This document shows positions 51,775-61,355 of a stretch of 64,000 nucleotides of DNA, piece after piece; positions within the stretch are counted from its first letter, which is position 1, and every line of letters starts with the position of its first letter. The translations under genes were made by a program, and so were the position numbers. Where the stretch lies: NCBI GenBank assembly GCA_964552725.1, contig CAZKHU010000001.1, positions 2,941-66,940 of the forward strand, in the 5' to 3' direction. The stretch comes from an uncultured Syntrophus sp. Its GTDB lineage: Bacteria > Desulfobacterota > Syntrophia > Syntrophales > UBA5619. The notes beneath the pieces were generated by a model that searched no databases, had not been told where the DNA came from, and worked only from the letters and a program-made list of their open reading frames with translations.

Positions 51775-51807
51775 CGGCTGTTCATATTGAGTCTTTAAAA
51801 GCCCCGG

Positions 51808-52950
51808 TTAAAGAGGTTTTCCCAGAACTCCCGCAAACATCTCCATATCCCAGGCCTTGCCTTCCACTATTTCCTGACGGAATTTAATGAAATCAATGGT
51901 ATCCTTGCCTGTGATCTTTTTGCTGTTGAAGGCGCCGAATCCGAGGAAGGCCTCGCCGCCCATGTTGGCGGCCAGCCAGTGACGGTGGGCATTCTTCATG
52001 GTATCCCAGAAAAATTTCTTCTTCTGGCGGACGCTGTCGATCGATTCCATCAAACAGCCGGGGAACAGATTGGCGAACGTCCAGACTATCTTGTCAACTT
52101 CCTTGTCGAGAAGCTCGAAATCGGCATTGGGCTGATGCAGTTTGACGAATTCCCGCGCCTCCTTGGCCTCGGCGCCGGTCTTGTTTTCGCCATAGACAAT
52201 CTCCCCGTCCTGCACGTAAGCATCCGTGATTACCTGGGGATTGCGCACCCATTTCCCATCCACCTTGAGTACCGGAACGACCTTGCTGATCAGGTTCTTG
52301 GCTTTCATCTTGTAGGCTGACCACATCTCACAGGAGATGCAGTTCCACATCGCATCCTCAATTCCGAGATACCAGGGCAGGAAGTCCGACGCGCCGCCGA
52401 CCGGGGCAGAACCGTGTTTTGGACCTGCCTGACCGTAGATCGCCAGATCAGAGGATACGGCAAGGTCGCACGCCATTCCTATCTCCTGACCGCCTGCTAC
52501 TCTCATGCCGTTCACCCGGCAAATGACCGGCTTCTTGCAGAAGAGAATCGAATCAACCATGTGGTTGAAAAGCTCCATGTACTGCCCGTACTCGTCGGGC
52601 CTCATGCTGTAGTATTCGCTGTACTCCTTCGTGTTGCCGCCCGTGCAAAACGCGTAGGGACCGGTGCCGGTAAAAACCACGGCCACAACGCTCCTGTCCA
52701 ATGAAGCATTTTCAAAGCCGGCAATAACTCCCTTGACCATTTCCGTCGTGTAGGAGTTGAACTGCTTGGGGTTATTGAGGCGAATCCACGCGGCAAAGAG
52801 ACCATCCACCACCTTTCCGTTCGGGTCGACAAGCGGTCTTTTCTCGTAAACCGTGCAGGGCGCCTCTGTTCCAAAGTGCAAATCCGTATGCAACGCATGA
52901 TCCTTGATGCCGTCTTCCCGCGGCAGCCATTCCAAACCTTTTAAAGACAT
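51808..52950 (-). CDS. bamA: 6-oxocyclohex-1-ene-1-carbonyl-CoA hydrolase (ring-cleaving; BamA/Oah)
   Basis: About 380-aa atypical crotonase with N-terminus MSLKGLEWLPRED... It contains KQFNSYTTEMV and AGGQEIGMACDLA. As I recall, the widely used bamA marker primers target these regions, and the DNA here closely matches them. GAAGGAGG SD upstream. Confidence 0.85.
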   Translation of the reverse strand: MSLKGLEWLPREDGIKDHALHTDLHFGTEAPCTVYEKRPLVDPNGKVVDGLFAAWIRLNNPKQFNSYTTEMVKGVIAGFENASLDRSVVAVVFTGTGPYAFCTGGNTKEYSEYYSMRPDEYGQYMELFNHMVDSILFCKKPVICRVNGMRVAGGQEIGMACDLAVSSDLAIYGQAGPKHGSAPVGGASDFLPWYLGIEDAMWNCISCEMWSAYKMKAKNLISKVVPVLKVDGKWVRNPQVITDAYVQDGEIVYGENKTGAEAKEAREFVKLHQPNADFELLDKEVDKIVWTFANLFPGCLMESIDSVRQKKKFFWDTMKNAHRHWLAANMGGEAFLGFGAFNSKKITGKDTIDFIKFRQEIVEGKAWDMEMFAGVLGKPL

Positions 52951-53046
52951 AGTGCTATTTCCTCCTTCTTTTAATTTGTGAACATTGAGCTTAGTCTTAT
53001 CGTTTCTTGCCTGCTTCTTTCACCCTTTTTGTCAAAACCTTGACCT

Positions 53047-54159
53047 TCAGACATCGAAATCGGGGATCAGAACAACCCGTTTCATCGGCGGCGTCTTGTG
53101 ATTCTCGGCAAAAGTCTGTTCGATTGCGCTCATCGGACGCGTCTCGACAAACTCCTCGATATTGACCTTCCCGCTCAGTATCATGTCCAGAACAATGGGG
53201 TAATATTCGGGCAGACATCCCCACGTTCCGATAATCTCGGCGTCAAAGGCCATAAGACGGCTGATGTTGTATTCGACGGATTTGACCCCGTACCCCACCA
53301 CTACAAGCTTTCCGGTAAAACTCAGCAGAGCCAGCGCCAGTTCCTGCCCTGCCTTGGAGCCAGTCACCTCAAATATCTTCCAGCCGGTGCCCGGAAGACC
53401 CTTTTCCTTGCAAAGCGCCCGGAACTCTTTGGAGATAGCTCCATTGTCCTTGTCAGTTGTGTTGATAACGAAGTCCGCTCCGAATTTCAGCGCTCTGTCC
53501 AGTTTTTCCTGATTGCGCGCCATCCCGATAACCGTCTTTGCGCCCAGCGCCTTGGCAACCTGCCCCATGTACTGACCAACTCCGCCGGTAATGCCCAATA
53601 CAATCACATTGTCCCCCGGCTGCAGGTCGGCCCTTTTGGCGGCCTGATAGGGCGTGGTCGCGGCATCGGCCACAACGGCAAGGTGGGAAAGAGGAATGCT
53701 GCCCCGGTTTTTCACCTCGCACAAATCAACGCTGGGAACAGGTATATGGCTTGAAAAACCGCCGTAGAGACCAATGCTGTTTCCGGGCATCTTCTGATCC
53801 AGGCACCGGTTCCCGCGCCCCGTTTTACAAAGATAGCATTGACGGCAGGGCATCACCGCGGGGATGATGACCTCTTTTCCTATCCATTTGGGATCGCCGG
53901 CAACCACTGTTCCCGAGATCTCGTGTCCCAGGGTTAAAGGCGGTTTGGAGACCGTGGGAACGCCATCATAAAAATATCCCAGGTCCGTGTGACACACCCC
54001 GCAACCAGCCACCTCCACCAGCACCTCCCCCGGCTTCAGCTCCGGGACCGGGAGCTCAGTCTTTTGCAGTTTGCCAGGGGTGATCTCCTTGGTCTCCCGG
54101 TTGAAGACGGTTGGTTGAACCATCTGCCAAGTCTTTATTTTATCGGGTACTCCTGCCAT
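53047..54159 (-). CDS. had: Zn-dependent alcohol dehydrogenase family; candidate 6-hydroxycyclohex-1-ene-1-carbonyl-CoA dehydrogenase
   Basis: GCGVCHTD, GHEISG and GITGGVG motifs. Start moved to MAGVPDKIKTW (AAGGAGGAG SD). It lies adjacent to bamA, as in known had-oah clusters. Confidence 0.75.
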   Translation of the reverse strand: MAGVPDKIKTWQMVQPTVFNRETKEITPGKLQKTELPVPELKPGEVLVEVAGCGVCHTDLGYFYDGVPTVSKPPLTLGHEISGTVVAGDPKWIGKEVIIPAVMPCRQCYLCKTGRGNRCLDQKMPGNSIGLYGGFSSHIPVPSVDLCEVKNRGSIPLSHLAVVADAATTPYQAAKRADLQPGDNVIVLGITGGVGQYMGQVAKALGAKTVIGMARNQEKLDRALKFGADFVINTTDKDNGAISKEFRALCKEKGLPGTGWKIFEVTGSKAGQELALALLSFTGKLVVVGYGVKSVEYNISRLMAFDAEIIGTWGCLPEYYPIVLDMILSGKVNIEEFVETRPMSAIEQTFAENHKTPPMKRVVLIPDFDV

Positions 54160-54249
54160 TTTCTCCTCCTTATGTTTTTTATCAAGTCCTCGCTGGCCAT
54201 AATGGTCCATCTTTCCTTGATAAGTTAATAACATTTCAGGGAAAACATC

Positions 54250-55002
54250 TCAGATCATTCCGTAGCCGCCATCGACGCAGAGCAACTGACCGGTAATGTA
54301 ATTGGCGTCGTCCGAGGCCAGAAAGACAAAAGCGGGCGCTATATCCTCGGCTTCGGCAAAGCGCTTGAGCAAAATTCTGTTCATGTAGATGTCGGCCAGC
54401 TTCTCGTCGGATCTGATCTTTTCGGTCATATCGGTAGCTACAATGCCCAGAGAGATGACATTCGCGCAGATGTTGTAGCGGGCCAGCTCCCGGGCAATGG
54501 ATTTGGTCATGCTCAGGACGCCTCCTTTCGCGGCGCTGTAATTGATCTGCCCCACGGTTCCCACAAGACCGGCAACCGACATCACATTGATGATCTTTCC
54601 GCTGTTTTGCTCCTTCATCAGGTTCGCCGCGGCCTGGGAACAGAAAAAGGCGCCCTTCAGATGGATGTCCACCACCTGATCCCACTGATCTTCCGTCATC
54701 TTGAGCAGCATGGCGGGCCTGGTAAATCCCGCATTATTGACCAGAACATCCAGTCTGCCGAACCTCTCCCGGGCAGCCGCGAAAAGGTTGTCCACGTCGG
54801 CCTTGCTGGCAATATCCGCCTTGACGGCAATAGCCTCGCTTCCCATTGCCGAGATGGCTTCCACCACCTCCCGGGCGGCGCCTTCATTGGAGGTGTAATT
54901 GACGATGACCTTGGCCCCTTCTCTTCCGTAGGCAAGTGCGACAGAGCGACCCACTCCGCGGCTGCCTCCGGTTACCAGTGCAATCTTGTCCTTGAGCTTC
55001 AT
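54250..55002 (-). CDS. SDR-family oxidoreductase (FabG-like)
   Basis: TGGSRGVG, NNAG and YSAAK motifs. Start moved to MKLKDKIALVTGG (GGGGAG SD), overlapping the upstream stop by 4 nt. Confidence 0.85.
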   Translation of the reverse strand: MKLKDKIALVTGGSRGVGRSVALAYGREGAKVIVNYTSNEGAAREVVEAISAMGSEAIAVKADIASKADVDNLFAAARERFGRLDVLVNNAGFTRPAMLLKMTEDQWDQVVDIHLKGAFFCSQAAANLMKEQNSGKIINVMSVAGLVGTVGQINYSAAKGGVLSMTKSIARELARYNICANVISLGIVATDMTEKIRSDEKLADIYMNRILLKRFAEAEDIAPAFVFLASDDANYITGQLLCVDGGYGMI

Positions 55003-56306
55003 AGATAACTCCCCTTTTCTGAAATCTGGTTTGTAGAACCCGGCATAGCGGAACCGACAAGCTGGCCCAGCCGTATCAGCGGCCACGAATAGGCGGCGCC
55101 TGCTTGCGGGATTTTATCCCATCTCTCCCTCAATTGATCGATGTCGTCTTTCCGCCACATCGCGCCGATAAGCAACCCAATGTAGTCCGCATACTTGCCG
55201 ACGGCTTGACCGCCGATAACCCTGCCGTCCAGCAAAACAACCCGCAAATAATCATCGCCGCTCTGTTTTTCGATAAGCTCGGATTTTCCCAGCATGCACT
55301 GGGTAGCCCGCATGGTTTTTCCGAAGGTAGAGGCATGGGTGTTAAAAAAATGCACTCGCGCAAATGCATAGGCGCCGAGGTATCCGACGTTATCCCCCAG
55401 AATGTTTTTTGCCACTATCTGCGCCTGTTCGATCGCGTTATGCTTCAACTGAAACATGACAATCTCTTCAGTGCAGGAATCAAAGGTTTCCACACAGTCG
55501 CCACAGGCATAGATATCGGATACGGAGGTTTCCATCTTCCTGTTGACCTTGATGCCACGCCCCGTTTCGATGAACGCGGTTCTGGCAAGCGCCGTCCCCG
55601 GGACCACGCCCGTGGCGACTACAACCGTATCGCATTCTATTTCCCGCTTATCCGTTACAACGCTTGCAACTTTTGCATCCCCCTTGATCTGGAGAACCTT
55701 TTCGCCGGTATGAATATGAATGCCATGCCGCTCCATTGCCGCTTCCAGTATCCTGGCCGTGGGTTCATCAAACAGGACCGGGAGAATCCAATCAAGAAGC
55801 TCGATGATGTGAACTTCATATCCTTTTTTCTTTAGCCCCTCGGCCGCTTCTATCCCTATCGCGCCGGAACCGATCACAACCGCCTTGCGGCCCTTGTGAA
55901 ATTTCAGCTTTTCCGTTTCCGACATCTGCTTGCAGCTGAAAACGCCGGCGTTGCGAATCCCCTCTATCGGGGGAAAGAAAAGAGCGCCGCCATGGGCCAG
56001 CACAAGCTTATCATAGCCGATTTCCGTGCCCGCTTCGGTTATGACATTCCTGGCCTCCGGATTAATAGCAACAACCTTGCTGTTAAACGTAACATTAATG
56101 CCCAGTTGTTTGTAATCCTCGATGGTTTTCTTGAAGACGTCCTTTTTCCCGATATTGCCGGCAAGATAATACGGAAGCGAGCATGGATCATATTCCGGAA
56201 CATCCTCGGCAGAAAGGATGCAAATCTCGATCTCCTTGTCCCTCTGCCGCAGTTCAGCGGCGACCCGATTGCCGGCAATCCCGTTTCCAACAATAACCGT
56301 TTTCAT
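54999..56306 (-). CDS. FAD-dependent pyridine nucleotide-disulfide oxidoreductase family protein
   Basis: Two dinucleotide folds (VIVGNGIAGNRVA and VVIGSGAIGIEAA) and a YACGDC motif. Confidence 0.85.
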   Translation of the reverse strand: MKTVIVGNGIAGNRVAAELRQRDKEIEICILSAEDVPEYDPCSLPYYLAGNIGKKDVFKKTIEDYKQLGINVTFNSKVVAINPEARNVITEAGTEIGYDKLVLAHGGALFFPPIEGIRNAGVFSCKQMSETEKLKFHKGRKAVVIGSGAIGIEAAEGLKKKGYEVHIIELLDWILPVLFDEPTARILEAAMERHGIHIHTGEKVLQIKGDAKVASVVTDKREIECDTVVVATGVVPGTALARTAFIETGRGIKVNRKMETSVSDIYACGDCVETFDSCTEEIVMFQLKHNAIEQAQIVAKNILGDNVGYLGAYAFARVHFFNTHASTFGKTMRATQCMLGKSELIEKQSGDDYLRVVLLDGRVIGGQAVGKYADYIGLLIGAMWRKDDIDQLRERWDKIPQAGAAYSWPLIRLGQLVGSAMPGSTNQISEKGSYL

Positions 56307-56318
56307 GGCGTTTTTATC

Positions 56319-56810
56319 CTAATTGGGGAATATGGCCCGGGAACGCGCCGCCCGCTCCCTTGCTGCTCCCCTTGTCAACATATCATCTTGGGTTATCCTG
56401 AGCGCCCCTTCTCGGCAGGCCACAACGCACCATGGCCCGGCTTCGTCGCCCCTGCACATATCGCAGGTCATAGTCTGGCCCGTGTAAGGGTTCACCGCCG
56501 GGCTGCCGGCCGGACATATATAGACGCACGCCCGACAGCCGATACAGACATCCGTGTTCGTTGCAACTGTCCCGTTTTCCTGTCTTATCCGGGCATTCAT
56601 TGGACACACCTTGATGCAGGGGGCATTATCGCACGCCATGCAGATGACAGGGACTTCAAGCTTCTGGGATTCCAGTCTGATAATCTTAAGCATGGCCAAC
56701 TTTGGGTTGATAACGCCTTGATGCTTCATAGAGCAGGCAAGCAAACATTCCTGACATCCGGTGCATTTCAGGGGATCAATTGCCAATTGCTCGCGTCTTG
56801 CTTCCATCAT
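56319..56810 (-). CDS. multi-cluster 4Fe-4S ferredoxin-domain protein
   Basis: CTGCQECLLAC, CMACDNAPCIKVCP, CIGCRACVYICP and CDMCRGD...C motifs, resembling a DmsB/HybA-like four-cluster layout. Confidence 0.8.
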   Translation of the reverse strand: MMEARREQLAIDPLKCTGCQECLLACSMKHQGVINPKLAMLKIIRLESQKLEVPVICMACDNAPCIKVCPMNARIRQENGTVATNTDVCIGCRACVYICPAGSPAVNPYTGQTMTCDMCRGDEAGPWCVVACREGALRITQDDMLTRGAARERAARSRAIFPN

Positions 56811-57064
56811 GCCGCCTTTGTAAAATTAAATAAAAACTCTTATCTCTGCAAATTCGATGTTCTCCGGCTGGACGGCGGCCTAAACTGCCGTTTTTTCTGA
56901 ATAACATTGTACCCGAATATCTAAAGCAGACCAATTTGTCAAGACAAACTTTCATCCCGAATCCCCTGCCTCCCGGTCTTGTCTTTGCGGTTTATTTCAG
57001 TCCCGGCATAGCCATTTTCCCCCGGGCTGTCCCGTCTTGAACTTTTCCATCGCTTTCGCCCCTT

Positions 57065-59269
57065 TTAAAGATTAAGCGACTTGAGCAACCGGGAAAAATT
57101 GGATCTGGGCAACCCCAGGATGTCGGCGGCTGTCGATTTTTTCCCTCCTGCAGCATTCAGAGTCTGGAGAACAATATTTTTCTTGAAATCCCTGATGGCC
57201 TCGTCCAGATGCCTGCCCGGAAAATTTGTTGTGGCTGAGTTGTCCCACAGCTCCCTGGGCAGATCGTCCAGGGTTATTGTATCATTCTTTGAAACAATGA
57301 CTAATCTTTCCACAACATTTTCAAGCTCCCGGACATTGCCCGGCCACGAGTACCCCAGCAGAACATCTTTGACTTTGGGAGAAAGCTTCATCTCTTTTTG
57401 CCTGATATATATATATTTATTGAGGAAAAAATCAAGGAGGGCGCCTATGTCCTCTTTTCTTTCCCGCAGGGGAGAAAGGGTAATGGGAAAAACCGCCAAA
57501 CGATAATACAGATCCGAGCGAAAGCTCATCTCTTCAATCCCTTTTTGCAGATCCTTGTTAGTGGCGGCGATAACCCTGACATCAACATGAATCGATACTT
57601 TTGAACCTATCCGCTGAATCTCCTGCTCCTGAAGCACCCTCAGAAGCTTTGTTTGAGTTTTCATGGAAAGATCGCCGACTTCATCCAGGAAAATAGTGCC
57701 CCCGTTGGCCAGCTCGAACATCCCTATGCGCTTTTCATAGGCGCCGGTAAAAGCTCCCCTCTCATGCCCGAAAAGTTCACTCTCGATCAAGTCGTCTGGT
57801 ATCGCTGCGCAATTTACCTTGACTAATGAACGGCCATTTCTGGGACTCATTTCATGAATGGCATTGGCGATATGTTCCTTGCCCGTACCAGTCTCCCCAT
57901 AGATTATTACCGTTGTAGAGTTTGGCGCCACCTTTTTCACCAGCTCCATCACTTCAAGCATTTTGGGACTTCGGCCTATTACAAACTCGGTTTTGATTCT
58001 TCTTTTCAAATAAAGGTTTTCCTGCTCAATCCTCTCTGAAATGGTTTTTATATGGTTTTTCTCATCCACCAATTTCTGGTAGGTGATTGCGTTTTCAAGA
58101 GCCACTCCGACTTGCTGTCCAAAAGTGTAGAAGAAATCTTTCTGTTCATCCGGAAAAGCTTCCCTGTTCTTAGAATAAATTCTCAGAATTCCAATCCTTT
58201 TTCGCTTGGAAATGATCGGAATCACTATGAAAGAGCGTATCTTTCTTTTAAGACAAAAATCATGACAATCCCCAGGCAATTTGGCCGGAATCAGATTATC
58301 AACAAGAATAACATGCGGCGATCGCCAGAATTCCTCATTCGCATCTTCCGGCGACGGAAAATCCCTCCCGCCGGATTCATCCCCGTCCATGTTCCGGAAC
58401 AATACAGATTTGAAACTCCCGTTTTGCAGTAGACTGACGGAAAAGGTGTCGAATCCCAGACTCTCCAGCAATGTCGAAATCTGGTACAGGACAGCCTTTT
58501 GTTCCAGGCCGTCATCAAGAAGTTTTGCCATTTGATAAAGGCTTGACAATTTAGTCATTTTTCTGGAGATATCCTGATTTGCCTGAACAAGTTCCGCTGT
58601 TCTTTCCTGGACGGTCTTCTCTAAAAGCAGACTGAATCTTTCCTTTTCCTCATAAAGCATTGCGTTTTCAATGGCCAGACTTATATGTCCGGCGAATAAT
58701 TGCAGACTCTCCATATCTTCGGGCAGTATGGGGGTTCTGCTGTAAAACTTGTCTCCGGTCAGGACTCCCAGAACCCTTTTGCGGCCAATAAGCGGAATAA
58801 CTCCATATTCTCTTGTATCGGAAACCTTCAAAAGTTTTTCGCTCACCCTTTTGTCCCGGCAGGCATTTTCCACATAGATAGGCTTCCCGGTTTTAACTAC
58901 CTGGACCTCCACGGCGTTTTCATCCATCCGGAATCCGATACACTTATCAACAATAGAGGCCTTCTCTCTTTTGACGCGATCAATCCAGACAACACAGCGC
59001 AAATAATCTTCCTGAAGAAGATAAATCAGACACCTCTCAAAGTTTACCCCAACGCCCACCTTTTGAACAAGGATCTGGAAGAGCTGGTTGATGTTCATGG
59101 TGGAGTGAATCTCTTTGTTCAGCTCCGTCAAGACTATCAATTCATGCAACTTCCGCTTGATCAAATCGGAGGAACCCATTTCAGATAGAATCAATCGGTT
59201 CGTCACCTTCCCCTTCCGAAAACAAATATCATCCGTTGTTTCATTTTCCCGGCTCTGCGGCGATCGCAT
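57065..59269 (-). CDS. sigma-54-dependent transcriptional activator with two N-terminal GAF-like domains
   Basis: GETGTGKE Walker A, GAFTGA, RVIAATN and a C-terminal HTH (STAADILGLPRSNFSRLLKSL). About 400 aa of GAF-like sensor region. The start is uncertain. Confidence 0.9.
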   Translation of the reverse strand: MRSPQSRENETTDDICFRKGKVTNRLILSEMGSSDLIKRKLHELIVLTELNKEIHSTMNINQLFQILVQKVGVGVNFERCLIYLLQEDYLRCVVWIDRVKREKASIVDKCIGFRMDENAVEVQVVKTGKPIYVENACRDKRVSEKLLKVSDTREYGVIPLIGRKRVLGVLTGDKFYSRTPILPEDMESLQLFAGHISLAIENAMLYEEKERFSLLLEKTVQERTAELVQANQDISRKMTKLSSLYQMAKLLDDGLEQKAVLYQISTLLESLGFDTFSVSLLQNGSFKSVLFRNMDGDESGGRDFPSPEDANEEFWRSPHVILVDNLIPAKLPGDCHDFCLKRKIRSFIVIPIISKRKRIGILRIYSKNREAFPDEQKDFFYTFGQQVGVALENAITYQKLVDEKNHIKTISERIEQENLYLKRRIKTEFVIGRSPKMLEVMELVKKVAPNSTTVIIYGETGTGKEHIANAIHEMSPRNGRSLVKVNCAAIPDDLIESELFGHERGAFTGAYEKRIGMFELANGGTIFLDEVGDLSMKTQTKLLRVLQEQEIQRIGSKVSIHVDVRVIAATNKDLQKGIEEMSFRSDLYYRLAVFPITLSPLRERKEDIGALLDFFLNKYIYIRQKEMKLSPKVKDVLLGYSWPGNVRELENVVERLVIVSKNDTITLDDLPRELWDNSATTNFPGRHLDEAIRDFKKNIVLQTLNAAGGKKSTAADILGLPRSNFSRLLKSLNL

Positions 59270-59397
59270 ACGGCCTTTGATGGGATTAACGGCAAACCGC
59301 CACAGCCGGGTGATTTTCCCGGGAACACAGCCTGTTAAACTCCGGCGTCGCCTTTGTCATTAACCTTGCCCTCCATCGCAAAATCAGGAATATTTTT

Positions 59398-59690
59398 CTA
59401 TCCTAATTTACGAGATTTGGCAAGATAAGGGCTAATGATAAGGGCTAATGATGGAAAACAGAGGGCAAACGCGGTAAGAATCATGACCATGAGAAAAGGG
59501 AAGATGCCCTGGAATACCGTCTCGAGGGGAACGTCATTGGCTATCCCCTTTGCCACATAAACGTTCACCCCCACCGGCGGCGTTACGACACCTATGCAGG
59601 TTGTCCGAACAATAATTACGCCAAACCTATCCGAAGGCGGTCACAATGGGATAAATAATTGGACCGGAAAATAATTGTTCCATTTTAATT
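59398..59690 (-). pseudogene. 3' remnant of a TRAP transporter large permease (DctM) gene
   Basis: The minus-strand translation FGVIIVRTTCIGVVTPPVGVNVYVAKGIANDVPLETVFQGIFPFLMVMILTAFALCFPSLAL matches the DctM C-terminus. The upstream piece PIIYPIVTAFG is in another frame. There is no start codon and about 330 N-terminal codons are absent. A 13-bp duplication disrupts the last codons. Confidence 0.6.
59424..59449. repeat. perfect 13-bp tandem duplication inside the DctM remnant
   Basis: gataagggctaat occurs at 59424-59436 and 59437-59449. Removing one copy restores a canonical ...FPSLALILPNLVN* terminus. Confidence 0.85.
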
Positions 59691-59750
59691 CGCTCACAGG
59701 CGCAGAGACTGCCTCATCCACACTCCCTTGTTTTATTCATGGTCAAATTT

Positions 59751-61355
59751 CTAATCCCTGGCCTTCTGGCGATTTCTGTCCTGCTGGGCCAGCTCTGCAA
59801 GACCGCCTTTCCCAAACTTGTTGATCTTGACCCCTCCGGAGAGACGGGGAAAATCGTTCAACAGACAAAGCTCGTCAGGAAGTTTGAAGGGCGCAACTCT
59901 TCCCTTGAGAAATTCCCTCAGTTCCTGCAGAGACAATGAACTGTCTCCTCTGATGATTACACACGCGCAAATGTTTTCTCCAAGGACAGGGTTCGGGGTG
60001 GCGACAACGCAAGCCTGCTCCACGGCAGGATGCTCCAGCATAATGGATTCCAGCTCATAGGGAGAAATTTTGAACCCTCCCCGATTGATCAAATCTTTGA
60101 TCCGCCCATGGATTTTGAGATACCCATCCGCTGTTTTGGAGACAAGATCGCCCATGAAAAGCCAACCGTCAACGATCTGTTTTCTGGTCTCCTCGGGATT
60201 TTTCCAGTAGCCCTTCATCACGTGCCATCCGGACAAGGCCAACTCGCCGATTGCTCCGGCAGGCATTTCCTCCCTGGTCACGGGATCCACCACGCGTACC
60301 GAGGTGCCGGCTACAGGCAGGCCGATAAACTGTTCTCTTATCTCAAGGGGAGAGGGATAGGGACAGATGATGCCCAATCCCGGCCCCACTTCGGAAGCCC
60401 CCCAGAAGGTGGTGAGATAGACGCCCAACTCGTTTTGCACCCTGGCAATCAATCCTTCCGGCGCAATCTGCCCCGCAATCAGGCCGGCACGAATGGACGC
60501 AAGGTCATAGTTGCCGATATCCCGGTTATTTAACTCCAGGAGGTAATGGGCCGGCGAGCCAAGCTGAAGGGTTACCCGCTCCTTCTGGATAATTTCGAAC
60601 GCCCCCCGAGGATTGAACTTGTCCATCAAAACGACGCTGGCCATAAGCAGAAAAGGCTGGATGAGGATCGCCCCGCACCCGTAAGAGTGGCACATGGGCA
60701 AAAAACCGATGAAGACGTCGTCGGAAGAGGCGCCGACGCCAAGGGCGTACTGCATGCCTGCCTTAGCCGCCTGCCCCTGGGTAATCATTGTTCCCTTCGG
60801 CATTCCTGTTGTTCCTGACGTGTAGATAAGCATGGAAAGGTCTTCGTGGGGGTTGATCTCCGGCTTGAGATATTTTCGTCCCCGCCCGTTTCTGATCATT
60901 GCATCAAAAGTATGCACCCCCGGGCCGTCCCCTTCCCCCACGATAAAAATGGCCTGGAGCAGCGGCACTTCCGCCTTGATTTCCAGCAGGGCATCGAGAT
61001 AATCATAGCCCTCCCACTCCCGGAAAATAAAGACCGCCTTCGCCTCCGAATTGGTCAGTATAAAATGGGCTTCGGTCTTCCGGTAGCTGGGATTGGCCCA
61101 GGCGACTATTATCCCGAGTTTCTGGAGGGCATAAAAAATGACTATGAACTCCAGGGAATTTTTCATGTACATAACTACCCTGTCGCCCTTTTTGTATCCC
61201 TGTTCAGCAAGACTCGCCGCAAATGCATCCGCCAGTTCGTTCAGCTCCTGATAGGTCACCCGCTTTTCACCATCTATTACCGCTGTTTTCGCAGGCGCCT
61301 GCATCGCCCCCGACTCAAGAATTTGGCCAGTGGACATATTATCGTAAGTCTTCAT
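59751..61355 (-). CDS. AMP-forming acyl-CoA ligase (aromatic/alicyclic acid-CoA ligase-like)
   Basis: IYTSGTTGMPKG, GWLFMGD and GRIKDLINRGGFKISP motifs. GAAGGAGGG SD upstream, with TAATG overlap onto the upstream ORF. Confidence 0.85.
   Translation of the reverse strand: MKTYDNMSTGQILESGAMQAPAKTAVIDGEKRVTYQELNELADAFAASLAEQGYKKGDRVVMYMKNSLEFIVIFYALQKLGIIVAWANPSYRKTEAHFILTNSEAKAVFIFREWEGYDYLDALLEIKAEVPLLQAIFIVGEGDGPGVHTFDAMIRNGRGRKYLKPEINPHEDLSMLIYTSGTTGMPKGTMITQGQAAKAGMQYALGVGASSDDVFIGFLPMCHSYGCGAILIQPFLLMASVVLMDKFNPRGAFEIIQKERVTLQLGSPAHYLLELNNRDIGNYDLASIRAGLIAGQIAPEGLIARVQNELGVYLTTFWGASEVGPGLGIICPYPSPLEIREQFIGLPVAGTSVRVVDPVTREEMPAGAIGELALSGWHVMKGYWKNPEETRKQIVDGWLFMGDLVSKTADGYLKIHGRIKDLINRGGFKISPYELESIMLEHPAVEQACVVATPNPVLGENICACVIIRGDSSLSLQELREFLKGRVAPFKLPDELCLLNDFPRLSGGVKINKFGKGGLAELAQQDRNRQKARD

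Noticed and set aside
56847-56865. GG...TTGCA element upstream of the ferredoxin gene (minus-sense GGAGAACATCGAATTTGCA)
   Set aside because: The distance from GG to GC is 4 nt too long for an RpoN -24/-12 promoter.
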